Below, in pieces: positions 53,819-64,000 of a stretch of DNA of 64,000 nucleotides. The position numbers were made by a program, and so were the translations under genes. Origin of the DNA: Chrysomallon squamiferum. Its lineage: Eukaryota; Animalia; Mollusca. The first letter of the stretch is position 1. Every line of letters starts with the position of its first letter. The notes beneath the pieces are model-generated. The model had not been told where the DNA came from. It did no database searches and saw only the letters and a program-made list of their open reading frames with translations. The DNA lies in the NCBI GenBank assembly GCA_012295275.1, contig CM022669.1:16492001-16556000 (forward strand), in the 5' to 3' direction.

Positions 53819-56371
53819 AATAATTATTATTATTATTATTATTATTATATTCAGAAATTCAAGTTTTAAGATCTATCTGAATTCATTTTTTGTTATTAAT
53901 GGGTATTTTCTTCCTACAAAGCAACAAACTGATCAGAAATAAAGTAAACTGACCACAATAACACAAAATAAAATAGCTAATTAATATTATGACTCGAACT
54001 CTGGACAACAGAAATATTTGTAAGTAATTTGGAATGCCAGGTTAACATGTAATTACAAATCTCGTTCCTGATGGCTTTCTGGATTTCACAGATTCATATA
54101 AACCGACAGTTAACCTCAACATTTTGCATATCGGATCGAATGGTCATGATAAAATCTGTCAGATAAACATCATTATTGCTAACATATGGTTAAAAATAAT
54201 TAATCATTGCTGCCATTTTACAGGAAAAAATGAGAAAAAGAAAAAAAAAGTACAAATAAAATTCAAAGCAATAAAACATTGCAAAGGAAATGGTAATATT
54301 AAAGATATCTAATAAACAGTTGTGTTCAAGATATATATATATCTATAATGTACTTATTTACTTCTTATATTATTAATTCTTATAATAATCTTTCAAAAGA
54401 ACAAGTGCATTTTAAAAATTACTGAAATGTGCACGAATCAAATGTAAGTGTAGAAAGCATATTATTATTATTATTAGTTGATTTCCACACTAGAAACGTT
54501 TTTAACAAAAATCAAAAAAAATCAATGCCTACCATTATTTTCTTAAGTCCAGTTGTCTGGATCATATTTCTGCACAAAGCAATTTGTATTTCTATTATTG
54601 TAGCTTCCTTCTTTGCTGCATTATTCAATGTCTGATAGTTTTCAAGTTTCTAATTATTATTATTATTTTTTTTTTTTCAAATAGGAATTATTTTATCTGT
54701 AAAACAAATTTCTCTATGTATATACATAGATATAAATAAATATATATTGAATAATGAACACAAACCAAAATCACTGCTCATTTAAACAAATGAAAGGTGT
54801 CTTAGCTTTCTGATGACGAAATGCCAATATCACAATCTTAACAGAAACAAGAACTACACCAGTACATGACAACATTAAAACATAAATATGATCTCAAAAA
54901 CTGCATAGATGTACTACTTCTAATTAAAGTGTGTCAATTAAATCGTTTTTCAATGATTAGCTTTCATGAACTGATTATTTACAAGTTATTTTTTCAGTCA
55001 GACAAATAAAAAAAAAATTACATTAAAAAAATTAACAAAAAAAAAAAAAAAACAGAATTACAAAGATTGAAACACCAAAATGTACAAAATTAACATATAT
55101 GAAGTACATATACCACAACAGTAATTTCAGTTGGGAACAACCAATGATTTATATGTTTCTATTTTAATAAAAAAGAAAAGAAAAGAATGAGTATTACATT
55201 TGTAACAAAACAAATATGAACAATTCTTACTCTAGCAATTGGTTATCATAACCTAGAGAAATGAAATAAATTTGGCAAATATATAATACAAGATAAAAAA
55301 TAGGAACCCAAATGATGCCTGAAGAAACAAAATTATCAGATTGTAAATGTAATATGAAGCTAGCCCAGTTGCTTAATGTTAGGGAAAAAATAAAAGATTT
55401 GCTCCCAGAAATCCAACATAAATTGCCACAATTGTTTTAGTTTTGTCAAAACGATCCATTTTGTTTCTGTAGACAGAATTCACAAAATGGACCAGTTTCA
55501 GATTAAAAATGTTTTCTCAACAAAGCACTACAACTTTTGGGTCAGTCATTTAGACATTTTTTTATTATTTGAAAAATAAAATCAGCACTTACTCAATATG
55601 GTCATTAGAAATTACTTTTTTTCCTTGTTCTTAGTTTGAAAGATAAAATTACAGTTATTCAGTATAGGATTTGTTTTGTTAAATAACAGCCTATATAGGT
55701 CAGTTTATTAATTCCATGGGCAGTGTATGGCTTAAATGATTCTAAGCTTGCCATGGCTATAGTTTCAAACACTGTATTCTGTTAGCAATTAGACTTTAAT
55801 AGATGAACACAGTATGATGATGATTCATATATATATACAAAAATTTCATGGCATTGAAAAATGATGCAATTTTGTTTTAAAGAACCAAAGAAATATATAT
55901 TTTGACTAGTAATCTGAAATGTGTTATTATTAGTAATAGTAGTAGTATTTTAGTATTTTACAATCTGAAATGAAATGACAAAGATACCCAAATTTTAAAT
56001 GATTTTAGTAAATTAATCAAGATTTTTTTCTTGTTTAATGTCTTCAAAATGCTGCCAGTTTTATCAATTAAAATTAATGAAAAATGTAACAAAAATTAAA
56101 ATAAAAAGCTGAAAGTATACTTATTATACTCAGAACACATTTTTGTGTTCAAACAAGACTAGCTGAATTTCTGTTAACACAGTATGAAGCAAACTCATTT
56201 TCAGTCTGATGAAAAATAATACTAATTTAAGCTTGCAAAATTAAAGTCTAAAAGAGAAATTTTCTTCAGTTTTAAAAATAAAGTGCTGATAAATTCAAAG
56301 TTATCAAAGACTAATTAAAAAAAAAAAAAGTTTTTGTTTAAAAGAGAATGAAATCAACAAATGTTTGAGCA

Positions 56372-56422
<51 letters not shown>

Positions 56423-56684
56423 CACACACACACACACATATATATATTTTCTTAACAGTGACTGCTATCACAAAGTTTATCTAACTAGTATAAATATTTA
56501 ATTATATTTACTGAATTTAAGACTTCAGGTTCAAAAGACTCAATTCTTCAGTAAAACTTACAATTACTAGACACCCCTTTGAACCTCATTACTAAATTTT
56601 TTTTTTTTTAAACTTTTTATCAGCACTAGCCTTTGAGACTTATTATCCATATATTATTTTTCTCACAGACACCACAGATCTCAG

Positions 56685-58054
56685 CTATGATGTCTGTGAT
56701 ATTGCATTTCTGATTTTGTTCACTGTACCAATGTCAAGTTTGCAGAGGTCGAAGTCAAAGGTTTCCTCTGTGATGTCAAACAAACCAGTTTTAGATATCA
56801 GATTGACAACCTGCTGAAGGATTTTCCTGTCCTTCAAAGTCATAATAGTTCTCTGCATTTCCAGCAGATTAACAATCTTTTCTCCATTGGGAGCTTTTTC
56901 CGGTATGTCACCATTCACACTTTTGTCCTTCACGGACTTAGAATCAGTTTTTGTTTTGGAATCTTTAACATCCTTAGGCTTTGAGGAGGACTTTGTTGGT
57001 GGTGTTGATGGCAGTTTCTCTTTTTTATTTTTATTATCCTTAGACTCCTTCTGCTTCACTCCAGATTTTGAAGTGTCTGATTTGGATGACGATGAAGAAG
57101 ATGATTCTGACTTGGATGATATCTGTGCCTTTGAAACATCTGATTTCAAAGAATTCTCAGACTTCGTATTCGATTTGTTCTGAGAACTGGCTGAACTCTT
57201 CTTGGAATGGGAGGACGACATTTGAGCACTTTGCTGCAACTTTTTACTTTTCGATTCATTTTTGCTAGCTGAAGATTTTCGTTCTTCAGCATCTGAACCA
57301 GAGTGGTGGTGTTTTTTTGGAGTGTCTGGGCTCTTCTGTGAGAAGTCACAGTCTTCACCTATTATGGACATAACCATCTGGACATCCTCATCATCCTCGG
57401 ACAGGGAGGACAGAGGAGAGCTGCAGGAACTTGAGGCAGGTTTTGAACTGAGAACAGACTCAGAATCACTGGACTCATCCTGTGAACTGTCCTGAACTGG
57501 TGAGCTCCTTTCAACCCTTTTCTTTGCCTCTGACTTACCAGAGTCCATTTTGGGACTGTCCTGAAAGGGTGAATGTTTGTCTGCTTTTTTCTTATCAGCA
57601 CCAGCATATTTGTTAGAATCAGTCTTCGGACTGTCCTGAAAAGGAGAAAGCTTTTCTGATTTTTTCTTCACCTCACCCAGCAACTTGTCAGTTTTGGGAC
57701 TGTCTTGAGCAGGTGAAACCTTTTCAGACTTTTTCTTGACATCCCCCAGTAACTTGCAAGCATCCATTTTGGGACTGTCCTGAAAGGGAGAATGTTTTCC
57801 AGATTTTTTCTTCACTTCCCCGCCAGACTTGCTCAACGAACTGCTGTGATTCTGGTCTTTTTCAGTCTTGTGTTTTTTGCTTGCATCTTTATTTTTTGAA
57901 TGTTCGGATTTGTCTTTAGATTTGGACTTGTCAGATTTGAAGGAGGATGACTTCGACTCAGTCATTTCTGAATGTTCCGATTTCTTCTCCTTCTGAGATC
58001 TGCGTTTTTCTTTGTCTTTAGAGTCGGAGGAACCTTCTCTCTTTGACTTTTTTC
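56685..58054 (-). CDS. MLLT3: ENL/AF9 terminal exon: Lys/Ser-rich disordered region plus AHD
   Basis: tttccag|GA AAA AAG TCA, in frame with the 426-aa ORF; stop TAG at 56685. Confidence 0.95.
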
Positions 58055-59960
58055 CTGGAAAGGAATAAAAAAGACAAAATCAGCAAAGGTCTGAGAAAAA
58101 AGACTAAAAAAGTCAGAACTAGCCAATGTTAATTAAAATTTGTTTTTGGTAAAGCTCAATTTACACAAAAACCTGCTATGTTTATAATTATGTAATGATA
58201 TTACAATATATAAAAAGTATTTATTTAACAAGCTTTGCTTACTGATGCACAGTATTTATATTTTTCTGTGTAAATAAATGAATGATTAATCGCTGCTCAG
58301 CTTTTGTTCAACAAGAAGTCATCAGACCAATTACTGTTTTTTTCACATTTCATTAATTCATAAAAAAATATTCAAGAGATGAGACATTCTGCCACTGCTG
58401 CCATCCGATAATCCATTTTTAAACTAGGAACAAAAATTATTTTATTTCACCTTTTAACAACAGTTTTGATAAACCAACCATCACACCATTTTTGGACAAT
58501 CAATCAGGATGAAATTAGTGACAAAAAAACACAAAAAAAACACTTTTAAGACGTGATCCTGCAACCATTCACACATTAGGCATGAATGTGTAATTCTAAC
58601 CTCTGAAACTGATGTCCTTGTTACCTGATGAAGACTCTGGTGATGACTTGGACATTCGTTTCTGAGCTGCTGTTTCTTTACTGGCCGATTTCTCCTTTGG
58701 TGGTTTGATGTCCTTGGATGCTATGGGTGGCACACCAGGTGCTATTGTTGTTGATGATGACGAGGTGATGTGTGTGGTATGTGGTGTCGATGACTTGGAG
58801 GAGTCTGTGGAGGTCTTGTGTTTGGAACTTTTGTCCTTTTCCTGAAAAATAAAAATAAAAATACAAATAAATAAATAAATAAAAGTTTCAAAAATCAAAT
58901 ACTACATACACATCAAACAAAATAATGGCAAACATAAAAGCATTAGCAAAATAAGTTAGGTAAGGCAAAATTTTAATGGTACAAAATAAAATTTAACAAA
59001 CTGGAAATCTAATTTGAGAATGAATAGCTATTCAACAGGTATCTAAAACTACACATTTATAATTCCTAACTCCACTGCACAAATAATTCTAGCAAGTATG
59101 CAGACTATAAAGACAATGGTATATTGTCATAATGTAAAAACTACTTATCTTCATTTAGCAGTTGATAATGATAGTTTCAAATCCTGCTTTGATGCCGTCA
59201 AATGTATTTGAAGATAAATAAACTTCATTTCAGAGGTCTGAGCCTCAGCTTTTATGTATTTAGAATCAAAAACAGTTTATCGAATTTCTACTCTATTTTT
59301 ATTATTATTATTTATTTTATATATATATATATATATATTTTATTTAATTTTTTTTTATATTTTTTTTAACTGTTGGCTTTACTACATTCTTTTACTGCCA
59401 GTACAATGTCATACTGTCAAATTTCACCAAACTTTCAGGCAATTAATATATTTCCATTTATACCATACAGGTATGGCATAAAGATTTCTCTGGTAACACC
59501 AATTATCAAAACAAAATAAAATTATAAAAATAAAAAATAAATAAATAAAATACAATAAAACTGTGAACTGCTGATGTCTCAATCACTGTAATCTTTTATA
59601 ATGTATTATTCAGTTTTGAATTATAACAAAAATTTCATGTTTCTTCATATTATGTTTTATATATATTCATTTAAAATTCATAGATTAATATAAATTGTAC
59701 TACTTGTCAAGGTTAGCATACATAACTAAATACTCTTGCGAAATTTATAATTTATGAAATAAAACAAAAAATAAAATAAAATAATAAAAATTTAAATGAA
59801 AATAATTATTTAAACTTTAAATAAAAAAGATTATTATTATACAACATTAAACAAATTTAATATTTATACTTTTATAGATCAGAAAAAAATACATATATAT
59901 TTTGTTACAAGTTAATATTACATAACAAATTATTTCATGTAATTAAGGTTAGTAAGGTTG

Positions 59961-60013
<53 letters not shown>

Positions 60014-62044
60014 TTGTGATATAAATAGGTATAATATGTATGTATGTATGCATGTATGTGCATTTGTTTATACAAGTGAGTATGTGTATGTGTAAGTATA
60101 TATGCAGCATGTACTGGTGTGTGTGTGTGTATGTGGGTCTGCATTTACTAGCATGCATGCATTGGTGTAAAGTCAGATATGAAGGATCTAAAATATTATT
60201 TATCTCTCTTCATTTTTTTTTTTTTTTTTTTTCCATTTACCATAAAAAAAACTTAAAAAACTAAAATAAAAAAACTATTAAGGTTAAAACTATATTATAA
60301 AAAAATAAAACTCACAGACATGAAGAAAATTATGATACATTGAATTAATATGTGCATTTCAGTGTAACATAAGGTTACTCTACTTAACATAGATGTTATA
60401 ACCAACAACTGAAATCTGATATTATTAAAACTTGTTTAAACACTCTTTAAACCTTTTTTTCTGGTACGAAAAATAGGTGTTCATTGATTTCATTTCATTC
60501 ATTCATTCATTCATTCATTCATTCATTCATTTATTCATTCATTTTTTTTTTTCATAATGATAATTATTCTTTTTATTATTAGTAGTAGTAGTAGATTTTT
60601 GTTTTTTTCCACATGATAATTTAATTCCTTTGTACTGGCAATCAAAAAGACAAGATAAGGAATCTAACTACACTGAGCACAGGGTATATTATACTTTTCA
60701 TATATATATATATATATATTACTAAGTACTGTATTTCACTATCCCTCTTGACATTCCACTTAGCCTACCTTTAACAGCTACACCAAAATCATTTCTACAT
60801 GAGATGCCACAGTAATAACAAATCAAACAAAAAAAAAACATGTAAGTCAAACATGACCTATATGAAACTATACTGGAAAGAAAATAGTCACAGACCTTAA
60901 AATAACTTTCATTAGCACTTGTAAACAGTCTGTAGTAAACAACTCAGAGAAATCACCTGTAAAATTTCTCCAATCAGACAGTTAGGGAAAAGTTGGTTTC
61001 TATGGAGTAATTAGCGCATCCTATTGCACAAGCTGCCATATTAACATGTTTAGTAAACACTGGAGCAAAGTAATAATAACAATCAACAGTGATAAAATGA
61101 ACGTTCCGTTTCTTGCTGTCATTTGACTCATTAAAAAACTCTCACAGAAATTATGTCGCAAGTCCAGATTTCATTACACACATCAATATCATAACAGTAA
61201 TAAGATTAATTCAGCTAATTAGAATGAAATAATTAAATAAATAAAAATTAATTTTTATTTTTAAATTTGAAAGAAAGTCAGTTTCCAAGCCTGACTGTAA
61301 TATAGCCTGGCCAAGCCCAAGCTCTCTAGTAACATCCAGTTGAACTCAATTCACATAAAAGCTAGTTTTTGTCACAGGTTAATACAAATGTCATCTGATA
61401 AGCTGGTCAGACAGATATAAATGACGTTTATTTATTGAACTTATTTATTTAAAATCTGAAAGTCTTGAGGACTTAAAGAGATGTATTTGAAATTTTTGAT
61501 AACCAAATTCATGGAGATTATAGTCTATAATATATATAAATCTGAGTATGTCAGTCAGAATTTTCTATATATAGTTAAACATTACAAGATTTAATCTTAT
61601 TCTCTGATAATAATTAGAAATCGTCCATTACAAGCTTACTTAGCTTTCTCATTAAATTAAGAATCTTTTTAAAAAGATGTACCAACCTGACATCTGAATT
61701 TACTAAAAACAAAACCCTGATGCTCAATTAGTGGAATGCTTTACCTGGTTTTTATAGCTGTGTTTTTGCAATAAAAATTATGCATACCAGCCCAGAAAAT
61801 TAATTCCAACAGAAAACATAGATGGGAGTATACATTCACAAATATTGCTATTTAAACTGTTTTCAGTGGGTGTTTTTTAATTGTAACATTTCTTAAATAT
61901 TCATGTAATATTTATAAACAGAAATATCAGTTAGTTTCTTAGTATCAGATACAAATGAGGTTTTGTTACAATAGTGGAAACCTCAAAACGCTAGTCACAT
62001 ATAAACATAATAAATCTGTAAAGACACACAGACACACACACACA

Positions 62045-62085
<41 letters not shown>

Positions 62086-63885
62086 CATACTTAATATTTT
62101 GTTTGCTACTTTCATCTGATAAAGTTTGAAAACACTCAAAAAAGATTAAAAAGTCCGTGCCATTTTACATATCACCTGCTCACTTGAACCTCAACCAAAT
62201 AACATCAACCAATGATTTATTTTACTACCACTCTTATTTCTAAACTTCTCACAAACAGAACACAAACAGAAAAATTTACAAAACTTACATCCTAAATATA
62301 ATTATCCAAATGCTACTCGAAACATTTTTATTAATTAGTATTATTATTTCAACAATTACTTGAATAAATACAAAAATTAAGAATAATAAAAGATCTGGTA
62401 TGATAATTTAAAAACTTACAGTGCTTTCACAAATTACCTTCGATGGCATGGATTGACTCTGCCCCTTCTTACCATCAGTCAGAATAGGAGGGCCAAACAG
62501 ATCGGTAAATGGTTGACTTGGAGGTGCACTTCCTATAGGATACTCCACCTAAACAACAGTATAAGTATTAGACATTAAATAATACTTTCAGAATAATATA
62601 CTGCAAATTAAAAATATTTCTCAAAAATATTTTTAATTCAAAATAAAAATATTTATTTCCCTCCTTTTCCAAAAAAAAAAAAAAATAATGTGCTTTGGAA
62701 ATAATGAACCTATAATTTTTTTTCTTGCTGTTTTTTTCTATTTTTTGTTTTGTTTTATTTATTTATTTCTGTATTTACTGGGTAAGACTTGTAAGGAGGG
62801 AAGTAATTCATTCCAGCACAGCACTGCAACAGTTTAAATAAATACAGTTGATATAAAAATCATTTTAACATTAAAACACAGGCTCTGCTAAAAATACTAT
62901 TTTCAAACTTGTGAAAATTTTCACATGTCTAAAGTGTTTACAAACAAACATATCTTTTAACAGATATTTTTTACATGTTTTGCTTGTGCTTTTTTGTTTC
63001 TTAAATTCATGCCCTATTCAAAGTGTTAAAATTAATGTTTTTACCAACATTGATACATAATTTATGAATATCTTTGACAGCATGACAGTGATGTATGTTA
63101 ATTTTGTGGGGGTTTTAAGAGAGATAATTACATATAATTACATAGTATTCTTTCAAATGACTGGCATCAACATGTATAAGATTTCACATACAATGACAAG
63201 CTGTTATTTCCAAATGTTAAATATTCTGTTTATTAGCAATATAAATTTAAAGTTTTTTAATGTGATAAATAAAATTCATTAATCATATTTTTTAATATGA
63301 AAGTATCAACCTTACGTGGTATATCTGTAATTTTTCTCAAAAAGACCAAACAATACTGATTACCAAAAACATTGGCTGACACTGGTCACATTTTAGAAGA
63401 AAAATAAACCTAATAAACAATTCCAAATATAAATTACATTAAAAAAAAAAAAAAAATTATATCATTAAAAAGAAATATAACTGACAGCTGTTGGTAATAA
63501 AATTCATCATTCTTATTTTTAACAAACCTAAGACAAGCTGTTCCAGATTTTCTCATCAAGGCTTTGTAAGTAGAGATTACAAAAGCACGAACATATTTTC
63601 GGTTTAAAACAAATAATACAAAATTTACTTTTTTATTATTTGAATAAAAGAAACGTACCCCACCAGCTTTAAGAAGCTTTGACCTGAACTCTTCTGTAGG
63701 ATTCTGAAAGGTCAGTTTCTCACAGTGTGTGTGGTTAATGGGATCAAATCCTTCTGCTGGCAGGAAGAGGTCATAGTTGATGCTAACCTTTTTTGGATTG
63801 TCTTTGTTCTTGAAGTATATGTCAATGTTAATAATGAAACCTGCATATCCTGATTCAGATACACTGTATGGTGGTTCCTTTACCA
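56685..63885 (-). CDS. MLLT3: ENL/AF9-family YEATS + AHD transcription elongation factor (MLLT1/MLLT3 co-orthologue), 5'-partial
   Basis: Exons 63659-63885, 62438-62548, 58625-58841, 56685-58054, all in phase. YEATS C-half [16 protein letters not shown]...YDLFL...[22 protein letters not shown]; C-terminal [19 protein letters not shown]...[10 protein letters not shown]. Confidence 0.95.
58625..58841 (-). CDS. MLLT3: ENL/AF9 internal exon
   Basis: tttcag|[16 protein letters not shown]...SPESSS-G|GTAACA; alternative donor 24 nt further. Confidence 0.87.
62438..62548 (-). CDS. MLLT3: ENL/AF9 internal exon
   Basis: gtttag|[37 protein letters not shown]|GTAATT; phase 0-0; not in the ORF track. 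Confidence 0.85.
63659..63885 (-). CDS. MLLT3: ENL/AF9 YEATS-domain exon
   Basis: ttttcag|TG GTA AAG GAA CCA CCA TAC ... GGT GGG|GTACGT; 227 nt. Confidence 0.95.
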
Positions 63886-64000
63886 CTGAAAAATAAGTAA
63901 GTACATAAATAAATAAATAAATAAATAGGTAAATAAATAAATGAACACCTATTGTTCCTATCAGAAAAAGGTTTAAAGACTATTTAAACAAGTTTTAATA

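Overview
Eukaryotic, very AT-rich, microsatellite-dense animal DNA. The decayed SINEs and a furin2-type convertase suggest a mollusc, probably a gastropod (inference). Four spliced protein genes were reconstructed by hand from splice sites and reading phase. (1) The first coding exon of a secreted ML-domain/GM2-activator-like protein on the minus strand (306..384), running off the left edge and absent from the ORF track. (2) A complete 16-exon furin2/PCSK5-like proprotein convertase on the minus strand (7998..47683, 826 aa) with a 22.8-kb first intron and one GC-AG intron. (3) A 4-exon KGD4/MRPS36 gene on the plus strand (48692..51001), head-to-head with the convertase. (4) The last four exons of an ENL/AF9 (MLLT1/MLLT3) YEATS-AHD gene on the minus strand (56685..63885), running off the right edge. 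Almost all other ORF-track entries are microsatellite artefacts. I found no new multi-gene system. The best leads are: an in-frame alternative donor adding 23 aa inside the convertase P-domain; an exon-derived 20-nt candidate poison micro-exon; a centrally bulged let-7 complementary site in intron 1; two diverged tandem arrays in intron 1; and a five-copy SP-rich repeat in ENL/AF9.
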